The notes below the pieces were generated by a model that was not told the origin of the DNA, did not search any database, and saw nothing but the letters and a program-made list of their open reading frames with translations. A program made the translations under genes and the position numbers. A stretch of DNA of 64,000 bases from Bifidobacterium tibiigranuli (GTDB lineage Bacteria > Actinomycetota > Actinomycetes > Actinomycetales > Bifidobacteriaceae): contig NZ_JALCUA010000002.1 in the NCBI RefSeq assembly GCF_022655035.1, forward strand, positions 34,745 to 98,744, written 5' to 3'. Positions 20,125-31,314 of the stretch are shown one piece after another; positions within the stretch are counted from its first letter, which is position 1; each line of letters opens with the position of its first letter.

Positions 20125-21786
20125 ATGGTTAGAAGACAACATGGCAATTCGCAAGAGCACGTCACCAAGCATATTTTCGTCACAGGCGGCGTTGTCTCGT
20201 CCCTTGGCAAGGGGCTGACCGCCTCATCGCTGGGCAGGCTGCTGCGCAGCCGCGGCATCCGGGTGCTGCAGCAGAAGCTCGATCCCTACATCAACGTGGA
20301 TCCGGGCACAATGAACCCGTTCCAGCACGGCGAGGTCTACGTGACTGAGGACGGCGCGGAAACCGATCTCGACATCGGCCACTACGAGCGCTTCCTCGAC
20401 GTGTTCCTGTCGCAGAAGGCCAATGTGACCACCGGGCAGATCTACCAGTCGGTGATCGACAAGGAGCGCGCGGGGGAGTACCTCGGCCAGTGCGTGCAGG
20501 TCATCCCGCACATCACCAATGAGATCAAAAGCCGCATGCGTGCGCAGGCCTCTGATGATGTCGACGTGATCATCACCGAAATCGGCGGTACGGTCGGCGA
20601 CATCGAATCGCAGCCCTTCATGGAGGCGGCCCGCGAGGTGCGCCGCGATCTGGGCAGCGATAACTGCATGTTCGTCCACGTCTCGCTGGTGCCGTACATC
20701 GCCGCCGCGCACGAGCTGAAAACCAAGCCGACCCAGCATTCCGTCATGGCGCTGCGTCAGCTCGGCATCGTCCCCGACGCGCTCGTGCTGCGTTCGGACC
20801 GCCCGCTCAACCAGTCCATCAAGGACAAGATCTCGCTCATGTGCGACGTGGACCCGCAGGGCGTGGTCAACTGCGTCGACGCGCCGAGCATCTACGATGT
20901 GCCCAAGATTCTTTTCGACGAAGGGCTCGACGCCTACGTCGTACGCGAGCTTGAGCTGCCATTCCATGATGTGGACTGGGCCGAATGGGAGAACCTGCTC
21001 GACCGCGTGCACCACCCCAAGCATGAGGTCAACATCGCCATCGTCGGCAAGTACATCGATCTGCCTGACGCCTACCTCTCCGTCACCGAGGCCATCAAGG
21101 CCGGCGGCTTCGCCAATTACGCGAAGGCGAACGTCAAGTGGGTGGCCGCTGATCTGTGCGAGACCACCGAAGGCGCGCGCGAACAGCTCGCTGACGTTGA
21201 CGGCATCGTGATTCCCGGCGGCTTCGGCATCCGCGGCATCGAAGGCAAGATCGGCGCGCTCAAATACGTGCGCGAGAACAAGATGCCCGCCCTCGGCCTG
21301 TGCCTCGGCTTGCAGTCGATGGTCATCGAATACTCGAGGCATGTGCTGGGGCTTGAGGACGCGAACTCCTCGGAGTTCGAAAGCGACTGCGAGAATCCGG
21401 TGATCGCCACGATGGAGGAGCAGAAGGACATCGTCGCGGGCAACGGCGATATGGGCCACACCATGCGCCTAGGCTCCTACCCAGCCGAACTCGAAGAAGG
21501 CTCGCTGGTTTCGCAGCTGTACGGCACCACGCACGTGACCGAACGCCACCGCCACCGCTACGAGGTGAATGTGGCCTACAAGGACCGCTTGCGCGAGGCC
21601 GGCCTCAACATCAGCGGCCAGAGCCCGGACGGCGAACTCACCGAATTCGTGGAGCTGCCGCAGGATGTGCATCCGTTCTACGTCGGCACCCAGGCCCACC
21701 CCGAGTTCAAGTCCCGCCCCACCAAGCCGCATCCGCTCTTCGCTGGACTGGTCAAGGCCGCGCTCGACCACCAGACCGCGCGCTGA
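20125..21786 (+). CDS. pyrG: CTP synthase
   Basis: [51 protein letters not shown]. Confidence 0.98.
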   Translation: MVRRQHGNSQEHVTKHIFVTGGVVSSLGKGLTASSLGRLLRSRGIRVLQQKLDPYINVDPGTMNPFQHGEVYVTEDGAETDLDIGHYERFLDVFLSQKANVTTGQIYQSVIDKERAGEYLGQCVQVIPHITNEIKSRMRAQASDDVDVIITEIGGTVGDIESQPFMEAAREVRRDLGSDNCMFVHVSLVPYIAAAHELKTKPTQHSVMALRQLGIVPDALVLRSDRPLNQSIKDKISLMCDVDPQGVVNCVDAPSIYDVPKILFDEGLDAYVVRELELPFHDVDWAEWENLLDRVHHPKHEVNIAIVGKYIDLPDAYLSVTEAIKAGGFANYAKANVKWVAADLCETTEGAREQLADVDGIVIPGGFGIRGIEGKIGALKYVRENKMPALGLCLGLQSMVIEYSRHVLGLEDANSSEFESDCENPVIATMEEQKDIVAGNGDMGHTMRLGSYPAELEEGSLVSQLYGTTHVTERHRHRYEVNVAYKDRLREAGLNISGQSPDGELTEFVELPQDVHPFYVGTQAHPEFKSRPTKPHPLFAGLVKAALDHQTAR

Positions 21787-21795
21787 GAAGCAGAC

Positions 21796-21848
21796 TACTG
21801 GCATGAAAAGGCCGCTGACCATTCGTCAGCGGCCTTTTCATGCCAGTA
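21796..21848. terminator. Terminator hairpin after pyrG
   Basis: Perfect 24-bp stem (21796-21819/21825-21848) with a 5-nt loop. Confidence 0.8.
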
Positions 21849-22053
21849 AGCCGAGGATAACGCTACAAAACGGATGCTAACGAGGCGCATTGCCGAAGAG
21901 AGGCGACAGTACCGGCCATAAGCGCAACGCACCCCGAACTGTGCGCAAAATCACGTCCTTGCTTGGCCGACAGGTGAACGCTCCCTAGTATTTCGGCCTG
22001 ACTTCTGTTAGGTTTACCTCTGGTACTTTCCCAAGGAATGGAGGCCGCGTACG

Positions 22054-23550
22054 GTGGTTGAGAAACAAACACCCAACGCCGCGTCTGACATGGAGATGAG
22101 CCAATATGTGGCTGATCGAGAACGTGTCAACGAGGAGAAAATCAAACAGGACGAAGAGATCCTTGATCAATTCGGCGAGTACGGCTACGGCTGGCATGAT
22201 TCGGATGCCGCCGGCGAAGCCGCGCAGAAGGGCATCGACGAGAGTGTGGTCCGCGCCATATCGGCCGATAAGGGCGAGCCGGAATGGATGCTCGACTATC
22301 GCCTGAAAGGCTATCAGGCGTTTCTCGACAAGCCCATGCCCGACTGGGGCGTGGATCTGTCGGAGTTCCATGCCGAGAACTTCAAGTATTACGTGAAGCC
22401 GCTCGACAAACAGGCCAAGAGCTGGGAGGACCTGCCCGACGACATCCGCAACACCTACGACAGGCTCGGCATCCCCGAGGCGGAGAAGAAGCGCTTGGTG
22501 TCCGGCGTCGCGGCGCAGTACGAGTCCGAGGTCATCTACAACTCGATACGCGAGGACCTCAAGGAGCAGGGCGTCATCTTCGTCGACACCGATACCGCGG
22601 TGCGCGATTACCCCGAGCTGGTCAAGAAGTACTTCACGACCGTGATTCCGGCCGACGACAACAAGTTCGCCGCGCTCAACACAGCCGCATGGTCGGGCGG
22701 TTCCTTCGTGTACGTGCCCAAGGGCGTCCACGTCGACATCCCGCTGCAGGCCTACTTCCGCATCAACACGCCGAACATGGGCCAGTTCGAGCGCACGCTG
22801 ATCATCGCCGACGAAGGTGCCTACGTGCATTATGTCGAAGGCTGCACCGCGCCGATCTACGCCACCGACTCGCTGCACGCTGCCAACGTGGAGATTGTCG
22901 TGGAAAAGGGCGCACGCGTGCGCTACACGACCGTGCAGAACTGGTCGACGAACGTCTACAATCTCGTGACCCAGCGCGCCTATGTGCGCGAGGGCGGCAC
23001 GATGGAGTGGATCGACGGCAACATCGGCTCCAAGGCCACGATGAAGTACCCCTCATGCATTCTCGCCGAGCCGTATGCCAAGGCGGAGACCATGTCGCTG
23101 GGTTTCGCGGGCGAAGGCCAATATCAGGACACCGGCGCGAAGATGATTCATCTGGCGCCGCACACCAGCTCGACCATCGTCTCCAAGTCGATCTCCCGCT
23201 CCGGCGGGCGCGCCGCCTACCGCGGTCTCGTCAAGATCATCAAGGGCGCTGAGGGCTCAAGCTCCTCCGTGGTATGCGATGCGCTGCTGGTCGATGAGAT
23301 TTCGCGTTCCGATACCTACCCGCATGTGGATGTGCGCGAGGACGACGTGTCGATGGCCCACGAGGCCACCGTTTCCAAGGTCTCCGAGGACCAGCTCTTC
23401 TATCTCATGAGCCGTGGGCTCGAAGAGAAGGAGGCTATGGGCATGATCGTGCGCGGCTTCGTGGAGCCGATCAGCCGCGAGCTGCCGATGGAGTACGCGC
23501 TCGAACTCAACAGACTTGTGGAACTGCAGATGGAAGGATCGGTGGGCTGA
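22054..23550 (+). CDS. sufB: Fe-S cluster assembly protein SufB
   Basis: [38 protein letters not shown]. Confidence 0.97.
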   Translation: MVEKQTPNAASDMEMSQYVADRERVNEEKIKQDEEILDQFGEYGYGWHDSDAAGEAAQKGIDESVVRAISADKGEPEWMLDYRLKGYQAFLDKPMPDWGVDLSEFHAENFKYYVKPLDKQAKSWEDLPDDIRNTYDRLGIPEAEKKRLVSGVAAQYESEVIYNSIREDLKEQGVIFVDTDTAVRDYPELVKKYFTTVIPADDNKFAALNTAAWSGGSFVYVPKGVHVDIPLQAYFRINTPNMGQFERTLIIADEGAYVHYVEGCTAPIYATDSLHAANVEIVVEKGARVRYTTVQNWSTNVYNLVTQRAYVREGGTMEWIDGNIGSKATMKYPSCILAEPYAKAETMSLGFAGEGQYQDTGAKMIHLAPHTSSTIVSKSISRSGGRAAYRGLVKIIKGAEGSSSSVVCDALLVDEISRSDTYPHVDVREDDVSMAHEATVSKVSEDQLFYLMSRGLEEKEAMGMIVRGFVEPISRELPMEYALELNRLVELQMEGSVG

Positions 23551-24773
23551 TGCCAGTCAAGGAAGTAAATATGCCAGTTGCGGATCCGAGCAATCCCTAT
23601 GCCATGCCGGCAGCCATGCCGTCAAGTGCCGACAAGGAGCCTCGCTCCTTCGACCTCGACGTGTTCGCCATGCCGACGCGCAAGCAGGAGGACTGGCGCT
23701 TCACGCCGATCGACCGCATGAGCGAGTTCTTCAGCGTGTTCAAGCCCAGCGGCCACACGACAGTCGCCGTGTCGAATATCGATGGATCTGCGCTTGACGA
23801 ATCGCATGTCACCGTGAGCACGGTGGCCTTGGGCGAAGGCCTTTCAGGCACGGTGCTCAAGCCCAGCGACCGCGCAGCCGTAGTCGAATGGAATGCAGGC
23901 ACGAAGGCCGTTGTGGTGCGCCTTTCCGGCGAACTTGCACAGCCCGTGCTGGTCAAGGTGCAGGCTCACGACTTCGATATGGACGCCTTCCATCTGGTGA
24001 TCGTCGCCGACGACAAGTCCCACGGCGATATCGTCGTGGAGCACGCCGGCCCTGCCAGACTCGCCGAAGGCATCGAACTGACCACCGGCAAGGATTCGCA
24101 CATCTCCGCCACCTTCATCCAGGAATGGGAGAAGGGCTCGAAGCATGTCGGCAACCAGCGCATCCACGTCGGCGCAGGCGCTTCGCTGCGTCATTCCGTG
24201 GTGACGCTCGGCGGCGACGTCGTGCGTATCCGCATGGATCAGGACTTCGGTGGCGAAGAGGGCGACCTCAACATGCTCGGCATCTACTTCGTCGACCCCG
24301 GCGAGCACATCGAGCACCGCACGATGGTGGTGCACAACCACCCCGAATGCAAGTCGCGCGTAGTCTACAAGGGCGCGCTTGACGGCAAGGCCGCGCATTC
24401 GACATGGGTAGGCAACGCGCTGATCCTGCCGAGCGCGCCCGGCACCGACTCGTACGAGCTCAACCGCAATCTGGTGCTGACGCCCGGTGCCGTGGCCGAT
24501 TCCGAGCCGAACTTGGAGATCGAAAACGGCAACATCATCGGCGCGGGCCATGCCAGCTCGGTCGGCCGCTTCGATGACGAGGAGCTGTTCTACTTGCAGT
24601 CGCGCGGCATCAGCGAAATCGAAGCCCGCAAACTGGTCGTGCGCGGCTTCTTCGGCGAGCTTGTCGAAGAGATCGGCGTGCCCGCGATATCCGACCATCT
24701 CATGACCGTGATCGACCGTCGCCTCTCCCGAGGAGAGAGCGGCGCCATGCAGGACGTATTAGAGGAGAAATAA
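23550..24773 (+). CDS. sufD: Fe-S cluster assembly protein SufD
   Basis: EDWRFTP, DSEPNLEI, GHASSVG, LFYLQSRGI. Confidence 0.95.
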   Translation: MPVKEVNMPVADPSNPYAMPAAMPSSADKEPRSFDLDVFAMPTRKQEDWRFTPIDRMSEFFSVFKPSGHTTVAVSNIDGSALDESHVTVSTVALGEGLSGTVLKPSDRAAVVEWNAGTKAVVVRLSGELAQPVLVKVQAHDFDMDAFHLVIVADDKSHGDIVVEHAGPARLAEGIELTTGKDSHISATFIQEWEKGSKHVGNQRIHVGAGASLRHSVVTLGGDVVRIRMDQDFGGEEGDLNMLGIYFVDPGEHIEHRTMVVHNHPECKSRVVYKGALDGKAAHSTWVGNALILPSAPGTDSYELNRNLVLTPGAVADSEPNLEIENGNIIGAGHASSVGRFDDEELFYLQSRGISEIEARKLVVRGFFGELVEEIGVPAISDHLMTVIDRRLSRGESGAMQDVLEEK

Positions 24774-24778
24774 CAACC

Positions 24779-25558
24779 ATGTCAACACTCGAAATCAAGG
24801 ATCTCTACGCTTCCGTGGAAACCAAGGAAGGCCGCAAGCAGATCCTCAAAGGTGCAAGCCTGACCGTCAACTCCGGCGAAACCCATGCGATCATGGGCCC
24901 CAACGGCTCGGGCAAGTCGACGCTGGCCTACACGCTGGCCGGCCACCCCAAGTACATTGTCGACTCGGGCCAGGCGCTGCTCGACGGGCAGGACCTGCTC
25001 AAGATGACCGCCGACGAGCGCGCGCATGCCGGGCTGTTCCTGGCTATGCAGTACCCGGTCGAAGTACCCGGCGTGTCAATGACCAACTTCCTGCGCACCG
25101 CCAAGACGGAAATCGACGGCAAAGCCCCGGCGATTCGCTCGTGGACCAAGGATCTGAACGAATCCATGAAGCGGCTGCGCATGGACCCGAAGTTCGCCTC
25201 GCGTTCCGTGAACGAAGGCTTCTCCGGCGGCGAGAAGAAGCGCGCCGAAGTGCTGCAGCTCGAGCTTCTGAAGCCGAAGTTCGCGGTGCTTGACGAAACC
25301 GATTCCGGCCTCGACGTCGACGCACTGCGCATCGTGTCCGAAGGCGTCAACCGCGCCAAGGACAACACCGGCCTGGGCATCCTCATGGTGACCCACTACA
25401 CGCGCATCCTGCGCTACATCAAGCCCGACATCGTGCACGTCTTCGCCAACGGCCGCTTCGTCAAGACCGGCGGGCCTGAGCTGGCGGATGAGCTTGAGGA
25501 ATCTGGGTACGATCAGTATCTGCCGGAAGGATCGGATTCCGAGTCCGCCTTGGCTTAG
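24779..25558 (+). CDS. sufC: Fe-S cluster assembly ATPase SufC
   Basis: HAIMGPNGSGKSTL, FLAMQYPVEVPGV, VNEGFSGGEKKR, LDETDSGLDVDAL. Confidence 0.97.
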   Translation: MSTLEIKDLYASVETKEGRKQILKGASLTVNSGETHAIMGPNGSGKSTLAYTLAGHPKYIVDSGQALLDGQDLLKMTADERAHAGLFLAMQYPVEVPGVSMTNFLRTAKTEIDGKAPAIRSWTKDLNESMKRLRMDPKFASRSVNEGFSGGEKKRAEVLQLELLKPKFAVLDETDSGLDVDALRIVSEGVNRAKDNTGLGILMVTHYTRILRYIKPDIVHVFANGRFVKTGGPELADELEESGYDQYLPEGSDSESALA

Positions 25559-25572
25559 TTTTCCGTGTCTTC

Positions 25573-25945
25573 GTGGATTGGGCGGATATATGTTGTTCTG
25601 GACATTCAAGGCCATTCGGCCGAGCTTACGCCAGAACAACACATATCCGCCCAATCCACTAGTGATAAAGATCTTCCGGACAGTTGTTTTTTGAGTGCTT
25701 GAGATGGTTTTGTGGCGCATCGAGCGCCACAAACCATAACGCTTCGCTTGAATAGTCTTGTGCTGGATGAAATAAGGTCTTTACATGCTGGTGCGAGGTG
25801 CTTAGGCTGGTAGCAGACGTTTCAGCGTGTGTGGTGATTATTTGTGGTTGAGTGTTCGGAATGGGAATATGTTGTTCGAGACCGTAAAGACTCGGCCTGA
25901 GCGGCCCGGAGCGTGTCACGAACAACATATTCCCATTCCGAACAC
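25573..25945. repeat. Three long hairpins in the sufC-sufS intergenic region
   Basis: 29-bp IR (28/29) 25573-25601/25631-25659; a 14-15-bp IR at 25704-25737; perfect 27-bp IR 25852-25878/25919-25945. The first and third share the core ATATGTTGTTC and a GGCC-n-GGCC inner loop. Confidence 0.8.
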
Positions 25946-25997
25946 GTCAGCTACTCGGGTATCAGACTAGTATGGGCGTGGTGAAGCAGAGGAGAAG

Positions 25998-27272
25998 ATG
26001 ATGGCGGACTTTGGGGTTATTCGCGGGGAGTTTCCGATTCTGGATCAGCGGGTGCATGGGCATCCGTTGGTGTATTTGGATTCGGCGGCTACAGCGCAGA
26101 AGCCGCAGATGGTGATTGACGCGGAGAGTGAGTTCTATCGCACGATCAATGCAGGCGTGCACCGCGGGGCGCATGAGCTTGCCGCGCTGAGCACCGAGGC
26201 GTTCGAGACGGCCCGCGCCAAGGTCGCCAAGCTGGTCGGTGCCGATAGCGAGGAAGGCCACGAGGAGATTGTGGTCACCGCTGGGGCCACCGCAGGGCTC
26301 AATCTGCTCGCCACGGCCTTCGGCAACGCGTCGCTGGGGCGTGGGGGAGAAGCCGCGCAGCGCTTCGCATTGAAGCCGGGCGATGAGATCGTAGTCTCCA
26401 AAGCCGAGCATCATTCGGTGCTGCTGCCCTTCCAAGAGCTTGCCGCGCGCACCGGGGCTACGCTGCGCTGGTTCGAGCTGAGCGAGGACGGGCGTATTCG
26501 CGCCGACACGGCCAATGAAGTGATCACGCCGCGCACGAAAGTCGTTGCCATCACGCATGTGTCGAATGTCACCGGCGCAGTGACCGAGCTGGCACCGATT
26601 GTCACGCGGGCGCATGAGGTCGGCGCGGTGTTCGTGTTGGATGCCTGCCAGTCCGTGCCGCATATGCCGATTGATTTTCATGCGCTCGATGTGGATTTCG
26701 CCGCGTGGAGCGCCCATAAAATGTATGGCCCGACCGGCGTCGGCTTCCTCTATGGCCGCCGCGAGCTGCTTGAAGCGCTGCCGCCGGCATCCTTCGGCGG
26801 ATCGATGGTCGAACTGGCATGGATGGACCAGCCTGCGCAGTATATGGAGCCGCCAGCGCGTTTCGAGGCCGGTACGCAGCCGGTCGCACAGGTCGTCGCA
26901 GCCGGAGTGGCCGCCGACTGGATGCGCGAGATCGGCATGGAGAACATCGCAGCGCACGAGCATGCGATAGCCGGGGAACTGCTCAAGCTTGGCGATATCG
27001 ACGGTATCCGCATCCTCGGACCGCGTGACAATCATGATCGCATCGGCACGGTGGCCTTCGATGTCGCTGGCGTGCATCCGCATGATGTCGGCCAGTTCAT
27101 CGACGCGCAGGGCATCGCCATCCGCGTCGGCCACCACTGTGCGCAGCCCGTGCACCGACATTTCGGGCTGTATGCGTCCAACCGGGCCTCCACCGGTGTC
27201 TACACCAGCATTGAGGACGCGCAGGCGCTGCTTGAGGCAGTGAAGCATGTCCGCGAATTCTTTGAACGCTGA
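25998..27272 (+). CDS. sufS: Cysteine desulfurase SufS
   Basis: YLDSAATAQKP, EHHS, SAHKMYGPTG (PLP lysine), RVGHHCAQP. Confidence 0.97.
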   Translation: MMADFGVIRGEFPILDQRVHGHPLVYLDSAATAQKPQMVIDAESEFYRTINAGVHRGAHELAALSTEAFETARAKVAKLVGADSEEGHEEIVVTAGATAGLNLLATAFGNASLGRGGEAAQRFALKPGDEIVVSKAEHHSVLLPFQELAARTGATLRWFELSEDGRIRADTANEVITPRTKVVAITHVSNVTGAVTELAPIVTRAHEVGAVFVLDACQSVPHMPIDFHALDVDFAAWSAHKMYGPTGVGFLYGRRELLEALPPASFGGSMVELAWMDQPAQYMEPPARFEAGTQPVAQVVAAGVAADWMREIGMENIAAHEHAIAGELLKLGDIDGIRILGPRDNHDRIGTVAFDVAGVHPHDVGQFIDAQGIAIRVGHHCAQPVHRHFGLYASNRASTGVYTSIEDAQALLEAVKHVREFFER

Positions 27273-27307
27273 GCGGCTGCAAGAGTTACTACCAAAGGGT
27301 TACTACT

Positions 27308-27883
27308 ATGAGTGATTTCGGTATGAGCGACGACGAGCTTGAGCAGATGTACCAGGAGGTCATCCTCGATGCCGCGCGCAATCCGCACGGCAAGGAAAGC
27401 TTCGCGCAAGACCTCTCCAGTGAGACTTCGCAAACCTCGTCAGCTGCGGGAGAAACTACGCTGCGGGCCAGACACGAATACTGCACGCCGGGCGAATCCC
27501 ACCAGTTCAACCCGACCTGCGGCGACGAGGTCACCGTGCATGTCGAAGTCGGCGATGAAGATCCGCGCCGCATCGAGCGCTTGGTATGGGACGGTCAGGG
27601 CTGCTCCATCTCGCAGGCGAGCCTGTCGGTGATGACCGATCTGGTCAGCGGCAAGACGGTGGACGAAGCCATGCGGCTGTTCACGATCTTCCACACCCTC
27701 ATGCAGTCGCGCGGAGCCGGGCTGGACAATGATGCGGATGACGAGGCGCTGGGCGATGCAGTGGTATTCCAGGGCGCGTCGAAATACCCCATGCGCATCA
27801 AATGCGCGCTGCTCGGCTGGGAAGGGCTTAAAGACTCCTTAGCTAAGGCGCTGGCAACGCAGTCGCAAGGACTGGAAGCCTGA
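27308..27883 (+). CDS. sufU: SUF system NifU/SufU-family protein
   Basis: LYQEVILD-like start, NPTCGD, GCSISQAS, RIKCALLGW. Confidence 0.93.
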   Translation: MSDFGMSDDELEQMYQEVILDAARNPHGKESFAQDLSSETSQTSSAAGETTLRARHEYCTPGESHQFNPTCGDEVTVHVEVGDEDPRRIERLVWDGQGCSISQASLSVMTDLVSGKTVDEAMRLFTIFHTLMQSRGAGLDNDADDEALGDAVVFQGASKYPMRIKCALLGWEGLKDSLAKALATQSQGLEA

Positions 27884-28008
27884 ATAAGCTATCAGATACG
27901 GCCCAGTAGCGGAATCGTATTGCAGTGCAGGCTGTTGTAGTGCAAAACTGTGACATAGGTATCAGTGATGCACAATCATACCGTGCAAAAGCGAACAAAG
28001 GACAAGAC

Positions 28009-28614
28009 ATGAGCGAGAACAACCTCGTCCCCGAACCGCAGTCGTCGATTTTCGACTCGATCAACCATGCCGTCGGCGACGAGAAAACCGCTCGGCAGGT
28101 GTTTGCCAACCCGCAACTGGCAGGGACTCTGACCGCTGAAAGCAACACGTCGGCAGGCGACCAGCATAAAGCCCATCATTATGATGGTGCGGATGGCTGC
28201 TGCGGCGGGAACGGCGAATGCGGCTGCGAACACGACAATGACGAGCAGGCTGACAGCATTCCGCTCACGGCGGTGGATGACATCGGCCGGGCGACGGCTG
28301 CCGACATCAAAGAGGCGCTGCATCAGGTCATCGACCCCGAACTAGGCATCGATGTCATCGACTTGGGACTGGTCTACGGCATCGAAGTCGATGAGCAGGG
28401 CCGTGCCATCATCCGCATGACGCTGACGACTCCGGCTTGCCCGCTCACGGACCTGATCGAAGACGAATGCGCCAGCACCTTGGCAGGTCTCGTGGAGGAG
28501 TTCCGCATCGACTGGACCTGGGATCCGCTGTGGACGATTGAGAAGATCACGCCCGAAGGCCGTGACCAGCTCGCCGCCATCGGCTTCAACTTCGCCAATA
28601 TGCCGAAGTACTGA
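28009..28614 (+). CDS. sufT: SufT/DUF59 metal-sulfur cluster assembly factor with an N-terminal His/Cys-rich extension
   Basis: VIDPELGIDVIDLGLVY, MTLTTPACPL, WTWDPLW. Confidence 0.88.
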   Translation: MSENNLVPEPQSSIFDSINHAVGDEKTARQVFANPQLAGTLTAESNTSAGDQHKAHHYDGADGCCGGNGECGCEHDNDEQADSIPLTAVDDIGRATAADIKEALHQVIDPELGIDVIDLGLVYGIEVDEQGRAIIRMTLTTPACPLTDLIEDECASTLAGLVEEFRIDWTWDPLWTIEKITPEGRDQLAAIGFNFANMPKY

Positions 28615-28637
28615 TAGCGAGAAATAATAGTAATCTC

Positions 28638-28697
28638 GCTGGTTATGGTTGTGGGGCCTACGGATTGGTATCCGTAGGCCCCACAACCATAACCAGC
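28638..28697. terminator. Bidirectional terminator-like hairpin between convergent sufT and glgC
   Basis: Perfect 28-bp stem (28638-28665/28670-28697) with a 4-nt loop. Confidence 0.8.
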
Positions 28698-28717
28698 TTG
28701 TATCAATGGGCGATTGA

Positions 28718-29962
28718 CTAGCTTTCGACCACAGTGCCCTTGGGGACCACGGTGATGCCGTCGGGGGTCACCGTGAAGCCACGGGCCAAGTCACGCTCGG
28801 TATCAATGCCGACAGTGGCGTTCTCCATGAGCACGACGTTCTTGTCGAGAATCGCCTTGTAGACGCGCGCACGACGATTGATGGTCACGCTGTCGAACAG
28901 AATCGAATCGACGACCTGCGCCCACGAGTGGATGCGTACGCCGGGGGAGATCACCGAGTGATGTACTTCGCCGCCCGAGACGATGACGCCGTTGGAAACG
29001 ATCGAATCGGTTGCGTGACCGAGGCGATCGCGGCCTGCGTGCACGAACTTGGCGGGCGGCAGATTGCCCGACATCGTGTAGATGGGCCAGTCCTGGTTGT
29101 ACAGGTTGAACTCCGGCGTGTAGGCGATCAGATCCATGTGCGCGTCGTAGAACTGCTTGAGCGTACCCACATCGCGCCAGTAGGCGTGATCAGTTTCCGT
29201 GGCGCCCGGCACTTCGTTCGAATTGAAGTCGTAGACGCCGGCCTGGTTGCGCTCGGCGAAGAACGGAGCGATGTCGCCGCCCATGTCGTGCTTGGTGTTG
29301 TCGGCCTTCTCATCCAAGGCGAGGGCTTCGAACAGCGCATCGGTGTTCGCTACGTAGTTGCCCATCGACGCGAGAATCTGTTCGGGTGCATCCGGCAGGC
29401 CCGTCGTGGTCTTCGGCTTCTCCTGGAAGCTTTTGATCATATTGGGGTGATCGGGATCTACCTCGATGACGCCGAACTGGTCCGACTGGCTGATCGGCTG
29501 GCGGATGCCCGCCACCGTGAACTCAGCGCCGGATTCGATGTGCTGACGCACCATCTGCTCGAAGTCCATGCGGTAGACGTGATCGGCACCGACGATGACG
29601 ACGATATCCGGCCGCTCATCCTCGATGATATTCACGGTCTGGTAGATGGCGTCGGCGGAGCCGAGATACCAATGCTTGCCGAGACGCTGCTGTGCAGGGA
29701 CCGGGGACACGTACTCGTCCATCAGCGGCGAGAAACGCCAGACGCGCGAGATATGGCGGTCCAAGGAATGCGATTTGTACTGGGTGAGCACAACTGTTTT
29801 CGAATATCCGGAATTGACCAGATTGCTCAGTGGAAAATCAATGAGTCTAAAGACTCCGCCGAATGGCACAGCCGGCTTGGCACGATCACGGGTCAATGGC
29901 ATAAGGCGCGTCCCCTCACCGCCTGCCAGAACTATCGATAGAATCTTTGGATTCTTCGCCAT
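28718..29962 (-). CDS. glgC: Glucose-1-phosphate adenylyltransferase
   Basis: [47 protein letters not shown]. Confidence 0.97.
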   Translation of the reverse strand: MAKNPKILSIVLAGGEGTRLMPLTRDRAKPAVPFGGVFRLIDFPLSNLVNSGYSKTVVLTQYKSHSLDRHISRVWRFSPLMDEYVSPVPAQQRLGKHWYLGSADAIYQTVNIIEDERPDIVVIVGADHVYRMDFEQMVRQHIESGAEFTVAGIRQPISQSDQFGVIEVDPDHPNMIKSFQEKPKTTTGLPDAPEQILASMGNYVANTDALFEALALDEKADNTKHDMGGDIAPFFAERNQAGVYDFNSNEVPGATETDHAYWRDVGTLKQFYDAHMDLIAYTPEFNLYNQDWPIYTMSGNLPPAKFVHAGRDRLGHATDSIVSNGVIVSGGEVHHSVISPGVRIHSWAQVVDSILFDSVTINRRARVYKAILDKNVVLMENATVGIDTERDLARGFTVTPDGITVVPKGTVVES

Positions 29963-30136
29963 CTGAACTCCTCTCCTATGAGCGCCTCTACGGCACCGAT
30001 GCTGACTTGGAAGGTCGCGTCTTCGCAAACCTAGGTCACGTTTATTATGTCACATATACCATGACATGCAAGGCAGCCCGGTGGGCGAGTCTCTTAATAC
30101 GGTGAGCTGCGCGCATCGGCATGCAGCGTCATTCAG

Positions 30137-31018
30137 CTATTCCTGCGCGTTGAGCGTCCGGCGGGTCGCGTAGAAGGCGACGGCGCTGGAAGCAGCCACG
30201 TTCAGGCTGTCCACATCGTGGCTCATGGGGATTTTCACCGTCAGATCGGCGCTGGAAATCGTGCGATGCGAAAGCCCGTCGCCCTCGGTGCCGAAGATCA
30301 GCGCGAGCTTGTCAATATGATTGGTTTCCTGCGGCGAGGACTCCAAACGCCGGGTCAGTTCAGCCAAGCTGATCGAATCGTCCTCAAGCGCCATGGCGAC
30401 CGTGGTGAAGCCGAGACCGCGCAGCTCGGCCATGCCTTGCACCGGCCAGTAATGCGCGTCATCGCCGCCGATGCGGGTCCATGGAATCTGGAAAACAGTG
30501 CCCATCGACACCCGTGCGGCGCGTCGGTACAGCGGATCGCCGCAGGAGGGCGTGACCAGCACGGCATCCACGTCGAGCGCGGCCGCCGAGCGCATCAGCG
30601 CGCCGACATTGGTGTGATCCACGATGTTCTCCATGACCGCGATACGGTGCGCATCCTGACAGATCTCCGTGACCGTCGGCAGCGGCCAGCGCCGCATCGC
30701 CGCAAGCGCTCCGCGGTGCAGGCGGTAGCCGGTCAGCCGTTTCAACTGGGCAGGCGAAGCGACGTATACGGGGATATCCGCACCCCAGCGCTGGTTGATC
30801 CGGGCGAAAGTATCAGCCATGCCATTGATCCACGGCTCCTCGACCAGCAGCGATATCGGCTCGCGGCCAGCGGCCAGCGCACGGTCGATGACCTTGGGAG
30901 ATTCGGCGATGAACAGGCCTTTTGCCGGTTCCAGGCGATTGCGCAGCTGCAGCTCGGTGAGATTCGTATAGGCAGCGACCTGCTCGTCGTCGACCGAATC
31001 AATAACGATGAAGCGCAT
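30137..31018 (-). CDS. TrmH/SpoU family RNA methyltransferase
   Basis: FIAES.KVI, ENIVDHTNVGALMRS, GTEGDGL, IPM..DVDSLNVAAS. Confidence 0.92.
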   Translation of the reverse strand: MRFIVIDSVDDEQVAAYTNLTELQLRNRLEPAKGLFIAESPKVIDRALAAGREPISLLVEEPWINGMADTFARINQRWGADIPVYVASPAQLKRLTGYRLHRGALAAMRRWPLPTVTEICQDAHRIAVMENIVDHTNVGALMRSAAALDVDAVLVTPSCGDPLYRRAARVSMGTVFQIPWTRIGGDDAHYWPVQGMAELRGLGFTTVAMALEDDSISLAELTRRLESSPQETNHIDKLALIFGTEGDGLSHRTISSADLTVKIPMSHDVDSLNVAASSAVAFYATRRTLNAQE

Positions 31019-31081
31019 GGAAGTCTTTCCTTGTAGTATCAGGTCCGCAAGCAATGCCGCGCAGGACGTTAGGATACGCAA

Positions 31082-31105
31082 AAACCCTTGGTTTCCCAAG
31101 GGTTT
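31082..31105 (-). terminator. Terminator downstream of tRNA-Leu
   Basis: AAACCCTTGG-TTTC-CCAAGGGTTT hairpin immediately 3' of the tRNA. Confidence 0.65.
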
Positions 31106-31123
31106 CAGCTGCTATATTTGCGG

Positions 31124-31210
31124 TGTCCGGAACGGGACTTGAACCCGTACGCCTGTATAAATAGGCACTAGCACCTCAAGCTAGCGCGTCTACCATTCCG
31201 CCACCCGGAC
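31124..31210 (-). tRNA. tRNA-Leu (anticodon GAG), long variable arm, CCA not encoded
   Basis: Reverse complement GTCCGGGTGGCGGAATGGTAGACGCGCTAGCTTGAGGTGCTAG...GGGTTCAAGTCCCGTTCCGGACA folds as a cloverleaf; anticodon stem CTAGC/GCTAG, loop TTGAGGT. Confidence 0.96.
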
Positions 31211-31314
31211 AGGTTGCTGTAGGCAACGTGTAGAACTATATCACCTTTTATCTATCTAACTACCGGTGTGTCGCGTAACCTTCTCTCGGCTGCCTGCTGT
31301 GTAGCCTTGGACCC

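Noticed and set aside
31124-31210. tRNA-Leu as an integration site
   Set aside because: No duplicated tRNA 3' end and no integrase seen; flanked directly by core genes.
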